The position numbers and the translations under genes are program-made. A DNA stretch of 64,000 nucleotides from Utricularia gibba (Eukaryota > Plantae > Magnoliophyta), in the NCBI GenBank assembly GCA_002189035.1, contig NEEC01000004.1:2108001-2172000 (forward strand), in the 5' to 3' direction. This document shows positions 38,530-55,420 of the stretch, one piece after another. Each line of letters begins with the position of its first letter. Positions within the stretch are counted from its first letter, which is position 1. Below the pieces are notes generated by a model. It did no database searches and had not been told where the DNA came from. It saw only the letters and a list, made by a program, of their open reading frames with translations.

Positions 38530-39047
38530 TGATAGGATAAAAATCGGTTTCTGAAAGGCTGCCAAGTGGGGTTTTGATGGGATAATGCTTGTCGACAGAT
38601 CAATATATGCCAGAGATTTGACAAGGGCGGTATGGCACAATATGAAGAGTAACCGAGTCACGACAGGATGGGCGGCAATTGTCTGAAAAGCAAGATCACA
38701 ACATAAGTGCAGAAAGATAGCCGACATCTGCGGAGCTCATGATTCGGTCGGGTCGACCCCCCTTATAAATAGAAGGAATCATAACGGAGAGGGGGTTGGA
38801 TCCTAAGCCTCCTAACCTGTACCTTTCTTCATCACATCCCTCTAGTAAGAACTTTTTCTGGCGACCTCCGATAGCTCTGTGGTTTTTTTCGTTTCACGGC
38901 AGTTTCCATGTAAAAATCTCTACTCCCCCGTTCCCATTAACCAAACCGAACAAAATCGCGAAAAACATAAGAAGATACGAAATCTCCCGGTTGCATCTTT
39001 TACCCGAAAACCGATCCCTTCACAAACATCGATTTTCACCCTTAACA
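38530..39047 (+). mobile_element. Solo LTR
   Basis: TG...CA ends, 5-bp TSD CCATT (38525-38529 and 39048-39052), ttataaatag TATA and tttccatgtaaaaatc motif. The 3' end resembles that of the LTR at 1589-2155. Confidence 0.82.
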
Positions 39048-42000
39048 CCATTAAAGTGGCCATCAAAAGATAGCATCCACTTTTTTCCTCCAATTTCATT
39101 GGTGCCAATGCTTCAATTCTTCGATGCAAAACTATTTGAATTGTATTTTATTTGTGGATCTTGGATAACAACTCTTCGAAGCTATCTTACAATTCTTTTA
39201 AACTTATCCTATAAATTCATTCTCTGTAAATTTACAAAAATGTTCATACAAATTTGCAAGGCTACCTCAAATGAGTATAACACTCACATGATATCAACAT
39301 CTATCGACGATTGAAAAGGGACTTGATTGAGCATATTTGGGTAAATCTCCATTAATATCTTGTGTGAATGATTTAATTTTCAGTTGTTCTAATTGTGTTG
39401 AAATTAGTCTTCGTAATTTATTTTTATGTTGTATGTTTTTTTAATATTTCAGCAATTATCTTCTATTTCTTTCAATATTATTTGTTTACTGAAATGATTG
39501 TAGAGAAAATGGAAATTTAGTAAATAAATTTTTGAAAATATAGTAAATGTGACATGACATTCCAAATTTCCGAAAACTATTGGAGATGCTCTAGAGTATA
39601 AACAATGTACGTAATAAATATAGTTTGTTATTATCCTTTTTGTAAGTATATAGTGAATGAAAAAAAGTAAAAATAAACTTTTGGTCATTAAAAAATTGGG
39701 CTTTTGGAAAAGGGAGGCTGATAAACGAAAAATTTGATATCCTTGTAATAAAATGAAATTCCATATCAAATAAATTTGTAAACTCTAATCTTCACAAAAT
39801 AAAAATTAATTAAAAAATACACAGTGGAAGTTCGGGGTCGATCAAGGAATAAGTGATTGCTAAGTATTTCTATCAGATGCAAGATTACAAAAGAAACATT
39901 ACTTTTAGTCCAAGATCAGACTAACATTAACATACAAGACAATAAATTTGAAACAAATAACAATGCAAAAAATAAATAAAATCAAATTTTTGCACAAAGA
40001 GTAATGTGATGCCTCATGGTACTCCTCTAGTGGTGTGGTAAGCAAATTCCTAAATTTGTATGTAATCTCATACTTTTATAATATAAAATAACCTAAGTCT
40101 ACTTAGGTCTTTTGTTATATTTTCAATCACCATACTCCCTAATATCACTACACATTTCACGTATAGATTTACCAATTTTTGAAACACATAGAATTAGGTC
40201 TATTCGATTTTACTAATTCTACTCGAAAGTAACACCTATTAAAATCGTCTCAACTCTTTGGTCTGCCTTTGAGTTGAGGGTCTAAGTTATGCAACTGATT
40301 TGTCTAATCCTTAGGTCTACCCAAGACATGATAGTACATGCATCAATGTTTTAGAAATTGCAATCAAAATAGATATTCATCTTACATTACCTTTGTTTCC
40401 CTAAGGTATCTCAAGGATTTATTCACTCTTAATTGGCGACTTCAATAAGCTTTTATAGAGATAAATTAAAAAAGTCATTGCAAGAGAAACAATAGCAAAG
40501 ATAAATTGTTCAATAAACAAGAATAAAGTAAAATCAGTTTTTACCTCCATTTGCTATTGTTCACAGTTTGCAACAATAGCGTTAAATTAGGTTCTTGATG
40601 CTATTCTTCAAGTTGGAGCATATTCTTCCAAAAAAATCATCTTCTTTTTTCCTATTGTTCGTTATGAAGGAGCTCTCTCCCTCTTTTATGTTGAACCTCC
40701 CTCTCCTTTTCTCATTCTTCCCAAAAAAAATATTTTCTTCCTCTATTTCCCTAAGTAAATACAATTCTTTGATAATACTGATGCTCTTGCTCCTGAATTT
40801 CAATCTACTATGGTGGAAGTGCACTCATTGTCCCCTCTTTTTATGCTCATCATTCTTTTGAATCTTTGTTTGCGTGAAATTCATATTTCCTCCATGATTT
40901 CAAAACTTTGTTGTTGGACTAAAAAAAAAAGATTAACAATATGGAATGGGCTAAATCAAAGAATTTAATATATTAATATACAAAATCACATCATGTACTA
41001 AATTTTAGTAAAATACTAAAAATCATAAAATAAATACTTAAAATATAATTTTCTTATCCTTCAAATAAAAAAATTTGTGTCATCAGAGCAAAATTTAAGG
41101 AGGGGGGAACTTCATCTATTAATATTCTTGAAGTTAGATAAAATCTTTGTTTTATTTTTTAAAAATATTTTCATAGTAAAATTTTTATTGTTATCTAGAA
41201 CATTTTCAATTTTCTTATTTTTTTAGATTATTATTTATTTGTTTTGTTTTATGCTTTTCACCAATCTTTATAAAATTTTAATATTATGGAAATCTTATAA
41301 AAAAACACTTATGTATTCCTAAATCTCATAATATTAAAATTTTACAATAATTATGGTATCATATATCATTAATTTGTACTATCATTTATCATTGAAACCT
41401 AGATTATAAAACAAATAAATAAATTCAATTCCTATTAAAAATGAATCTCTGATTAAGGATGAAAAGTTGAACAGAAAAATACGTTAGGACATCATCAAAC
41501 TAAAGAAAAAATATATAATATTTTGCAAACAGATTTTAAAAGGATATATATGATATCAATTTTTTCCAGATTGGTGATTTAAATCACAAATATGAAAATA
41601 AAAAGAGTCTATCGGGTTAAAATTGATATCAATTTTTAAATAGGTTTCATAAATCACATATTTTATTTTTCTTTCAATTTTCGATCAAATAAGAATTTTA
41701 TACTTTTAATTGTGAGGGAGCAAACCAATGATTTAGGGTTATATCTAATTTGATCTAAATTCATGACTAAACTGAAAAATATATTTAATTTATGCAAACT
41801 AATAATATTTATTTTATAGATATTTTAAAATATGATTAAAAATATAAATTTAGCCTATTATAAAAAATTGAAATCCAAAACTATATTTAAAAATTAATCG
41901 ATTAATGCACAGCGGGGTGAAACAGTGGCGCTGCTTGCATTTGACCTGCTGGCTGCTGCTGTTCCTTAGACGTCCTAGAATTGTGGGCGTGGTGAATAAA

Positions 42001-42562
42001 CCGGCGTTCCACCACAAACGCCGCGTCATATCCTACTTGGCGCCGCATCTCCTATCCATCCATTTTCATCTTGCTGACTCCTCACCCGCACCCCCACGCC
42101 GACACGTCGACTCCTGCCGTGTCAACCCACACGTCACCACGGCTCCCCCTCCGTTTTTCTTCTCTGAGATGAGGAACACAAACCAGCGTCTACGGCTCAT
42201 CTCCTCCCACGTGGCAAGCCACTGCGGCTTCAAATCAGAGGAAAGTTGTCTGCAGTCCCACCTTGATCCACATTCCTCACCCGCCATTATCCAAATCCCT
42301 CCTCCTTTCTCTCGTCCTAATCTTCGATTTATAAATAATTACGGCCACTGCATTGTATTTAGTTCTCAGTTCCCCTTCTCCTTTGCATGTTTTTCGGTTT
42401 TTTCCAAATCCACATCTATATTCAGTCCTTGTTTAGCGAGTTTTTAACTGGCACAGCATGAACTGAATAACCCACTTAAGAAGCCGAAAAAAAAAGGAGC
42501 AGTCTTGCAGAAGCGAGCTTCATATTTTGCTACAGAAATTTGATGGGTTGTAGCTGAGATAG

Positions 42563-44854
42563 ATGATCGTAGGGGGAATGGCGGCTACGAACGGCTTTAC
42601 GACCACGTTCAGCCTGCGGTTGCTGAAAGCATTTGACTCTGCACTCAAGAATGGGATGTCTTTGGATACGTGGAGCAAGAAGAGGCTCGGATACCGCTGT
42701 TATGGTAAAAGTTCAGAGATATGGGAGGAATGGTTGTGTGACTCCGGTCAACGAGAACGGACCCGAGCCATGCCTTTCTCTTCTCCAAAGTTTGTATCTT
42801 TTTGCGTTTACTTACTGCAAGTTGACCCCAGCTTTCGTAGTTTCATTTTTTAAGTATACTTAAATACAATCTTGTTTACCTCGGACTAATGGAATTGTCT
42901 TAAAAGGTAAGATGATAAGCTATGTGGCACTTCCAGTTTGCTGGGGATTGCTTTCTCTTTTGTTTTGAACTGAATTGAATTATTTGATTCACATAAAATT
43001 GAAGCTCGCAGAGCTCTGGGTTAACTAGTGTTTTCATTGATTTCAGGTCTTGGCGTATTCACAAGCAGGTAAAATTTTCCTCCCGCTGTGGTCCAAGAAA
43101 TTCAGGTCTGCAGACTCGTGATTCCCCACCGAAGCGAGGTAGCACACCCTGTAGAATACATTATTGCAGGGATTAAGCTATTATAAGTATTAACAGTTGC
43201 CTGATTTTACCTAGACACCGGCATCGCAAATGAGAAAGACTGGGGCATCAATTTGGTGAATGAAAATGTCAATGAATCGGGTGTTAACGAGGATGGTAGC
43301 TTCTGGTACCGCGAAAGTGGAGAAGAACTTGGAGACAACGGTTATAGATGTAGATGGACTGTAATGGGTGGTCATTGCAATGACGGCGCTTCAGAATGGA
43401 AAGAAACTGTAAGATGAAGCTTTTATTTTTTCTATGACATTTTGACTGCTGTTGCCTCGGTTCTTCGAATCTGATGTTATCATGGAAACAAGTGATTCCA
43501 TATCTCTTTAAACCTGGGTAGATGCGTTTAGTTTAATCAGACTTGTTGATGCGGTTGACAGTGGTGGGAGAAAAGCGACTGGACCGGATACAAAGAGCTA
43601 GGTATCTTGATCACTCATTGTGTTGTTTCACGTTTGCCTTAGTGAAACATCAATCGGAAGTTGCTGCTTTATTTTACATCAGGTGTCGAAAAATCGGGGC
43701 GAAATGCAGAAGGTGATTCATGGTGGGAAACATGGAAAGAGGCCTTGTATCAGGATGAATGGAGGTCTTCAGATTTATATCCCTTCTCCCTCTATTGTCT
43801 CACTCGAAAACCAGTCAATACAAAAAGCCTCTGTGCATTACAGTAATCTGGCGAGGATAGAACGCAGTGCTCAGAAACAAGCCGAGTCTGGAACAGAGAA
43901 AGCTGGCTGGTCTGAAAACTGGTAAGAACAGAGCGATCAATCCCCATTTGAAAGTGAGTTTGTTTTTTGTAAAAAAATGCTTGCGCTTAGTCATAAGAAT
44001 AACCTTAGGTGGGAAAAGTATGATGCCAAGGGATGCACAGAGAAAGGAGCACACAAGTATGGTAATCTGAATGAACAATCTTGGTGGGAGAAATGGGGAG
44101 AACACTACGATGGAAGAGGATCAGTGTTAAAATGGTTGGCTATATCCTTCCCGGTTTCATCTTATGTTCATGACTGGAATGTGAACACTATGAGTTCAGA
44201 GTTCATGAACACCTTTCCCCCCTGCAGGACTGACAAATGGGCTGAGACAGAAGCAGGGACGAAGTGGGGAGACAAATGGGAAGAAAGATTTTTCACTGGC
44301 ATCGGTTCAAGACATGGAGAGACATGGCATGTATACCCAAGCGGTCAAAGTATGCTCCTCTTCATAGCAGGCATCCATCTCTTCTCATACTGTTTTGCTA
44401 ACGCTTCTCACGTGGATGCTGAAGGGTGGTCGAGGACATGGGGCGAAGAGCACTTCGGAAACGGGTAGCAATCCTTACTGGTTCCATTATCAGGTAACAA
44501 AGAGATGAGGCCTCTGTGTTCTTGTTGCAGTAAAGTTCACAAGTTCGGAAAGAGCAACACTGGAGAAAGCTGGGATCTGGTAGTAGAAGAAGAGACGCAG
44601 TATGAGTAAGTTTCAAGCCTAGAGATCGTTCACTTTCATAGATACCTGAGCACTGGTATGCATGATATGATATACTGTGTTTGTTTGATGGAAGGGGTGA
44701 GCCGCAGTACGGATGGGCTGATGTTGTTGGTGATTCAACTCAACTGTTGTCGATTCAGCCTCGAGAGAAGCCTCCTGGTGTTTTCCCGGGTTTTGGATCG
44801 CCTGGCCTCCAACAGCAACAATCTGATGGACAGTTTTTCCCTGCTTCAAGTTAG
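42563..44854 (+). CDS. ESV1: EARLY STARVATION 1, Trp-rich starch-granule-binding protein, 411 aa, 11 exons
   Basis: Exons 42563-42789, 43047-43138, 43215-43408, 43562-43601, 43683-43764, 43844-43921, 44009-44134, 44228-44349, 44425-44464, 44531-44605, 44695-44854 (1236 nt, frame-consistent). Peptides RDSPPKRDTGIANEKDWG, GDNGYRCRW, WWEKSDWTGYKELG, WGEHYDGRGSVLKW, GWADVVGDSTQLLSIQPRE match ESV1 rather than LESV as recalled. An alternative ATG lies at 42578. Confidence 0.93.
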
Positions 44855-47272
44855 AGTTTGGCTCCACTGTGTTTTGGAAATTGGCAAACAATCCTCTCTT
44901 ATCTCTTTGTTCTGTGTAAGAGAGTGGGTGGATTTTGCTATAAATTGAAACGTGTAGGTGTATATTGTCATTGGCAGAAATCTGGGGGCCATATTGCAAT
45001 TATTCGAATGTATATGTTGATCCTTCTGTTGGGAACCGGTAGGGCTGCTTCTAATATATACTTCCAACGGCTATTTTCATTCGCATTATCCTAAGGTTTA
45101 TTATTCTTAGTATTGATTTCATATGTTCATTCATAATTTATTTCCTATTTTATTATTTATTTATTATTTGTGGTAATAGAAATTCAAGTATCAAGTGAAA
45201 TTTGAAAAGAGATTACAATGAATTCACAAGACAAAGTAATATTGAGGATGTTACCAAGCTAAAAGTTTTCAATGGTAAACATAGTGTCCTATATGAGCCA
45301 TTATGGTAAAATAAGATTGAAACAGATTAAATGTGAACTATTAATTGGGAGATATTAATTAGATTTAATATATAACTGAGAAATTAATAATGAAATACCC
45401 ATTCTAAAAAAATTGAATTAACATTTGGTGATAGCTTCTACCATATGTGAAGAATGAGCCCTAATGGCAAACTAAACTTCTACAAAATAGTTATTTGTAG
45501 AATAACCATATTATGTAATTAGGTGTAGAACAATCTAATATTTTTAAAAATAATTATTTTTATTCATTGTATATTTCATTTGATGTATAAATATTGTATT
45601 TGATAAATAAAATTATTTTATTTGATAAAAATAATATTAGAGACATAAAACTTTTCGAGTTTTATGCAACCATACATAATGTGTTTGTCTTTATTTTAAA
45701 TATCATGTTACAAAATCATTTCTTATTCAAGATCTAATTATCGTCACTATACAGATATGTTATAATTTTAATATAGCTCTATGTAACGTTATTAATAAGT
45801 TACATTCAATGAAGACACTTTATACTATGTACTCAAACTATTTTAGTCCCCGAGGATGAACTCAAGTGTGAGTTATACTCCCTTTGCATAACCCACACTT
45901 GTATATAACAAAATGAATACATTATGCTTACGAAATAGAGCTATTTTGTAAATAAAAATTTAGTCGATGGTTATTTCACAAATTTGAAGAATGTAAATGA
46001 TGCGAATTATCAATTTATTATGCTTTGATCGAAGTATGTAGGCAGAAATTTTTATGGTTAAATTTATTACTTTATCATTAATAAAAATATATTTATGGAT
46101 AAAAAAATTACATATATAGTTGCTACATAGTGATCCAAAGGTTGGAAGGTACTTTAGATTTATTATTTTAATATGTCCTCCCTATTTTTTAAAATAAATA
46201 CTTTATTATCGATTGAAATATTTATTACTGACTTAACTAAATATGTCTTAGATCATTATGACTATAATTTGAAAAATAATTAGAAATCAAATGAAAATGG
46301 ATTCTATTATACATATATATTGAAAGCATTCATTAAGAGCCATAATTGTGCGTTAAGAAACCCCAATTATACACCAACTGAAAAAAGGACCCCACGAAAT
46401 GGGACATCGACGCCGGAGAAGCTCACGTGGGGGCGCTTTTTGCATCAGACAGCTTCTTACGTCACTCTGACTCGCACCGCAATCCACGACAGACTTTCAG
46501 GGCGTTGAAAGTTTTTCTCTCTAAAAGTATTACTTCACTGTAACCTCGTAGGCATTCATCATCCCTAGGAGAAATCTTGCATCATCCTCCACGATATAGA
46601 AGGAGCATGTTTGTTCCTGGAGTTTAGGCCTTTTCTAAATGATTCTTTTTTTTTTTTTTTGTACATCGATCATAAGTATCGGCTCAAATTGGGAAACAGG
46701 TTACGTTGTGAAGGCAAGTGCCATGAGAAGACATGCATGAGCTTGAATGGAAGAAGAGTTCAGAGGATTGGGCCCCTGGGTTTTCTTGCGGTTTGTTAGC
46801 AGTTTAGAAATGAATTGATAAGAGGAAGAAGCGGAGAGTTTGACCAAGGCGATGGGGAGGTTGCTTGCTGGCTTCCTGGTATACTATTCTCCCAAGAAAA
46901 TTTGCACTTGAGTCGGAAGCCAGTCCTGCTCAGCAAATATTTTTCACTTTTCCTTTTGGGGTTTTCCTCCAAGTCTTTTCTTTTTCAGATTCCCTTTTAT
47001 TATTCCCCTGTAACCGCACGGGTTGCGCTTGATATTGCGTAGTTGCTATTGCTACTGTTAATTTCGAGACACACTGCCTTCTGGGTTGCTGATATTGCCG
47101 AGCTGCTACTGCCACTTATATTTTCAGCCGGATTGTTGGTTTCTGCGGGTTCTGGGCTTCTTTTTTATTCGGTCGGTTGCTGAGACAGGTCTCTGCGGTG
47201 ATCAATCATTGTGTCAAGTTCGTGTCCGCGGACGCCTCTCCTGGTGAGCCAACATACCATACGGGGTGTTTT

Positions 47273-49798
<2,526 letters not shown>

Positions 49799-49928
49799 CA
49801 AAGAAATACAGGGCAGGGGCGGCTGTGTCTGTGCACATAATGTATGAGGAATCGATCTTGGTTGCTTTGAAAACAAAATTCACATGTGTAGACCTCTAAA
49901 TGTACAAGAGTTTTTGGTGGTGAATGCA

Positions 49929-52445
49929 TCATGCCACGAACATCTCAGCTTGGCCATCAATGAAGAGGCTCATGAATTCTTCTCCATCAACTGTCTCCTT
50001 CTCGATTAGAAGCTGAGCAAGTTTGTGTAGAATGTCAATGTGGGTGCTCATGATCTGCTTGGCCCTTGCGTAGGCTCTGTCCACAAGCTCTCTGACCTCG
50101 GCATCGACAATGTCTGCGGTGGCCATTGAGTAGTCTTTCTGGGAGGACATCTGCACAGCAAGCATTCAAATGGAGGAATTTTAAGTACTCAGACGATGGC
50201 ACAGCCGTAGTTTCAGGTTATAATCTACCTGTTGGCCCAGGAAGGGGTTTCCGCCAGGTCCACCGATGGCAACTTGCCCGATCTTCTTGCTGAAGCCAAA
50301 TCTCTCAACCATCTGACGTGCGACTCTGGAAACTTGCATGAAATCATTGGACGCCCCCGTTGTCACGTTATCCTGTCCAAAGATAACCTCTTCTGCAACC
50401 CTGCAGAAAAGGCGCAAGAGTTGAGGGAAACAAGCTACAACTACACTGTCGTCTGAGAATTTTCGAAACTCACCTTCCTCCAAGTGCCACAGCCATCTGG
50501 TTCTCCAAATAGCTTCGACTGTATAGCCCTGATTCAAGTCTCTCTTCACTTGGAGCGAAAAATGTCAGGCCACCGGCTTGGCCACGGGGAATGATGGAGA
50601 TCTTGGCTACAGGATCATACTCGGGCATCAAAGCACCAACTAGTGCATGGCCAGCCTCTGAACCACAATTTAAATGTATCGAGTGGGTACATAATCTGGA
50701 GAAGTAGAAGGAACAAAGGTAGCAAAGGTGGTTTACCGTGATATGCGACGAGTCTTTTCTTCTCGTCGGACACAACAGCGTTCTTCTTCTCAGGTCCAGC
50801 AATAATTCTCTCCAATGCATCGGAGATCTCATCTTTGCTTATTTCCTTGAGATCACGTCTTGCTGCAAGGATGGCCGCCTCGTTCATCAGGTTCTGCAAA
50901 TCTGCACCTGTGAAACCTGGTGTTCTCCTAGCAATCTTTTCAAAATCTACATCCTTCCCCAGTGCCTTCCCTCTAGAGTGCACCTGGTAAGGATCAGATG
51001 CACAAAATGTGATACAATGAAACCCCAATATCTCAGATTGCTGACAGGAAATTGACATATTTACAACATCATTATCCGAATATGACCACAACCACCAAAG
51101 TCTTAAGCAGTTTCGAATGACAATATGAACTTAGAGCAGAAAACAAAGAAGAAATGAGCTTGCTCACCTGCAGAATTTTCACTCTACCAGCAACATCGGG
51201 CCTGTCAACAGTGACTTGACGATCAAATCGACCCGGTCTCAGTAATGCTGAGTCCAGAACATCTGGCCGATTAGTGGCTGCCAACACTATCACCCCTGAA
51301 TTACCCGAGAATCCATCCATTTCAGTTAATAGCTGATTGATAGTCTGCTCTCGTTCATCATTTCCACCACCAAGCCCAGCTCCTCGTTGCCTTCCCACAG
51401 CATCAATTTCATCAATAAAGACAATGCAAGGGGCCTTGGACTTGGCTTTCTCAAACAAATCCCTTACTCTTGAGGCTCCAACACCCACAAACAGCTCCAC
51501 AAATTCTGAAGCTGCGCAGGAGAAAAATGGAACACCTGCTTCTCCGGCCACTGCCCTGGCCAGAAGGGTCTTTCCCGTTCCTGGTGGACCGACCAAAAGA
51601 CAGCCTTTGGGGATTTTTGCACCTAAGGCAGTGTACTTGTCAGGGTTTTTCAAGAAATCAACAACTTCTTGGAGCTCCAACTTGGCTTGATCAGCCCCAG
51701 CAACATCAGCAAATGTTACACCAGTCTCCGGAACTTCTTGGAACTTGGATTTTGACCGGCCAAAATCCATAGGACCGCCGAGTCCGCCGCCGCCTCCAGA
51801 CCCGCCCTGGGCACGCCGGAACAAGAAGAAAAGCCCAGCAAAAGCGAGGAAAGGGAAAAGCAAATTTCCAATAAAATTGAACAACCCGTTTCCGGAATCG
51901 CCCTCTGAAACCGAAATATCCACCCCGTTCATAGCCAAAATGTCGATCAAGTCCGGATCGTTGGGGACAATCACGGCCGCCCGCCGTCCATCCACAGCGG
52001 TTAGCTGAAGGGCACCTCCATCTTTGCTGAATCTTACTCTCTCGACTTTGCCCTTCTTGACCGCGTTCAAGAATTCGCTGTAACGCCATTGAGAACCCTC
52101 GGGAAGATCCGAACTCGATTGGGCCTGAGGTTTCGGCGCATTCAAGATTATGTTTTGGCCAAAAGGTGATGAAGAGCTTGTCTCCTGAGCCTCAATTTCA
52201 ATCACTTGGGGAGCCGGCGCCGGGGGTGGAGTATTATCCAACGCCAGTGCCTGCGGAGCAATTGAAGAGAAAAGAAAAGCAGCCAAAGCTGCGTGATTCT
52301 GGAAATCGCTGCCCTTCTTCAAACTCTTCCTATTAAAAACCGATTGTGTAACAAAAATTCTCTTGGGAATGGTCTTAGGGACAGGGGGGAAAATGGAGAC
52401 TTGGGTGCCCAGAAAGCAGGAAGAAAACGTTAGAGACGAAGCCAT
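49929..52445 (-). CDS. FTSH1/FTSH5: Chloroplast ATP-dependent zinc metalloprotease FtsH, type A (FtsH1/FtsH5), 700 aa
   Basis: Exons 52445-51168, 50983-50737, 50657-50474, 50400-50229, 50150-49929 (2103 nt). Transit peptide, [21 protein letters not shown], Walker A GPPGTGKT, Walker [21 protein letters not shown], zinc motif HEAGH. FtsH1 and FtsH5 cannot be distinguished here. Confidence 0.96.
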
Positions 52446-52816
52446 CGCAATTGGACACTTGCACTACTTCCCGACTTCTATAGAAGCTCGCAAATATAGA
52501 GTTGGAGATGGAGAATCCCTGAAGAGTAGAACTCCTGAACGCTCATCAAAGGCTGCGTGCGCTGATATTATCCACAAGAGCTTGGGTCTCTAACGCTCGC
52601 CTCTCACAGCCACGCGATGGGAGGGCAGTAAAGACAAAGAAGCTCTGGACCTGGTTCCTTGTACGCGTCCTCACTGCCTCACCATAATTAAAAATCCACC
52701 CTAAAATTTGAATCAAACGCAAGCACTGCTTCGTAATTCTAGAAACCAGTGGTACACAAAAATGACGAATTGGATCGATCACAAGTGTACGAAATAAAGC
52801 CATAGTTTGTTCATAC

Positions 52817-53304
52817 TAGCGTTTTAAAAACGAATTAAACTCATTTAATCGTTTAGTTATGATTTTGGGTTGAATACTATTTAATATGGATTAAATTGGA
52901 TTTATTGATTTTGAATTGTATTTATCACAGTGTGAAAATATAATTTAATTCATCAAAATATTGAAAATATAAAAAAAAATTAAAAATATATATCTAAACA
53001 ATTGATACAATTACATTAAAAAGTTTTATTAAAATTATATTCATCGTCTCATATTTCATTAAAATGATGTGTAACTCAAATACAAATTATTATTTTCTAT
53101 TATCAATACAAATATATATATATATACAATTATTAAGATTTATTTAAAATATATATCATATATTAGTAACATACTTTATATTTGTCCAAAACCATTTTCA
53201 CAAAAAATAAAAATAAAAAATAGAATTAGGTCCAACCCACTAAAATACTGGTTCGGATCTAACTCGATCGAATGATGGGTTAATCACATATTTTTAAAAC
53301 ACTG
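52817..53304. mobile_element. hAT-type MITE upstream of FtsH
   Basis: TIRs tagcgttttaaaaac / atttttaaaacactg. The 8-bp flanks gttcatac and gttacgac are only 5/8 identical. Confidence 0.55.
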
Positions 53305-53821
53305 GTTACGACGATTGGTTGAGACCCAAAATCACGACTCACAAGGGGGTCTCTGGAAGCCCTTAACTGGCTTCAATTATTTTTAATTTTGGAAAATATA
53401 TTTCATTGAAGTTAATTTTTCGTAAAATCAATCCTTCGAGTTTAAATAAGAAAATGGAGGAGATGGTTTATTAAATAAAGTATTGTAATTTTATATGTTA
53501 TATTTATTTTAAAAATTAGAGATACAACAATTTTGTTATTCAATGAGTCTATGATGTCAATGACATTATTAGATCAATTGAAGGGCAAAATAGTTATTTC
53601 ATATATATACATAAATACCATATAATTTATCAATTTTTTTAAAATTCTCTATCAAACACTTTTATATGCCTAAAAACCCTATAATATATCCTTATTTCCA
53701 TAAAACCATTGTCAAACTGCCCCAAAAGATTTGAATGACATAAGGTATAATATTGATACACTAGTATGGAATTCTAGTCTTATGAATTACTCAAGTAACA
53801 TTTAGAAAACTAATTCACTTC

Positions 53822-55035
53822 TGATAACATTAATGTGTATTTGTGTAATAGATTCTATCTTTTAAATTGATGATAATTCTACAAGTGCACAGAAACCGTC
53901 GAAGTAATAAAATAAGATCGTATCCACAGGGAATTGTTATTGGAATATTCTTTTCAAAACAAAGAGTTAAAAAGATTGGAAACAAAATAAAGATTTGGTT
54001 TTTGAAGACAATAAGAAAAGTGGCCTTAGATCTAAGATTCACCTTACTTGAAATTCGCACTTGCGTGTTTGCAAACTTTGAGAACTGACATGCTTGCCCA
54101 AGCTTTGGGGGTGTTATGCTAAAATAGTGCTACTCGGTGACCGTTATAGCACCGTCCGTTGTTTTGTGGGATTATGGAATTAACCACGCCATCAGAACCA
54201 TTTCACCTCTTGTGATAATCCATGTTTTCCCCACACTCAAATCTAACCCCTACACCTCACACCTCGCAGACAGATTAGACAGAATGTGTCTTACCAACAA
54301 TGTCCGATTGAGTTATTCTCCTTAGGTGCTTGAGGCCAATCTTTGATTCTACTATACTCCCTTAAGGTTATATGGTACTAAAGATCACGTTGGTAAAGAA
54401 AACGTTGCGAAAAACAGAATCAGACCTCAAATTAAATGCTGAAAAACATGGTAAGACAGTCACATGCACAGAACTTGTGCAAGCAAGGCTTTACAGCAGA
54501 TCCTCAGCCGCAAGCGTTCACACGTGCATGCTTGACTCTAAACAACAAAAGTTGATGAAAAACGAAGGGAAAGGAATCCAAAACATGCTAGACTCGACTC
54601 TAAACCCTAAATTGACTCTCTAGTCGTCCACCACTTCGACTCTCTCCTTCAGGTCTTCGCGTTTGGATCTTTATATAATAGTGGGGATTTGTCGGGCTTA
54701 CTTGATGGGCTCACATCAAATCTTCTATCTAAATCTTTTAAGATTTGATACAAATCTTTTAAGATGAGATCCAAGTTTTCCAAGATAAGATACGAATCTT
54801 ATCTTATCCGAGAATCTTTGACCGAGTCTTAATCTCCGGATACACCAAATCTTAGCCTCCATCAAAGTAGCTCGAAAATCCTCCAAATTATTCCAAATTC
54901 GTCCTGAAAAATCACAAAACACAATTTCCTTCCAAAAAGATCAAAGTGGTATGAAAGATATAAAATTTTTCTAAAAAGAATCATATAAGAGAGTTCTAAA
55001 AACCACAAATATAAGTGACACAAAATCAATTATCA
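53822..55035. mobile_element. Probable solo LTR (about 1.2 kb)
   Basis: Begins TGATAA and ends TTATCA (inverted termini). Internal LTR-like motifs (gatcgtatccacaggg, tatataatag). The TSD does not match. Confidence 0.5.
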
Positions 55036-55173
55036 TAAATATACATCAAATTTTTTTTATAATAATTGATTTTTAAGAATCATTATAATGATATTAAAAT
55101 ATTAAAGACTAGATTCTCTTGAACAAGTGATTTTTGGATGATTTAGAAATTTAATCATATGTCAAACATCATG

Positions 55174-55420
55174 GGAGAAAAGTGTACATTTATAATTTTT
55201 TAATTTAGTATATGAGAGAGAATGTATGGGTTATCATTTTAGTAAATAACTCATGATTTTTTAGAATTGTTTCTGAGATTTTAACATGTGTTTTTTTTTA
55301 AGGAGAAAAGTGTAAATTTATGATTTTTTAAATTTAGTATATGAGAGAGAATGTATGGGTTTTAGTAAATAACTCATGATTTTTTAGAATTGTTTCTGAG
55401 ATTTTAACATGTTTTTTTTA
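55174..55420. repeat. 128-bp tandem duplication (two copies)
   Basis: ggagaaaagtgta...gagagagaatgtatggg...ctgagattttaacatg starts at 55174 and again at 55302. Confidence 0.9.

Noticed and set aside
51337-52089. Alternative-frame and antisense ORFs within FtsH exon 1
   Set aside because: By-products of the FtsH coding sequence.
52546-52803. 85-aa ATG ORF upstream of FtsH as a uORF
   Set aside because: It starts at the edge of a MITE about 360 nt upstream, probably before the TSS, and has no motif.
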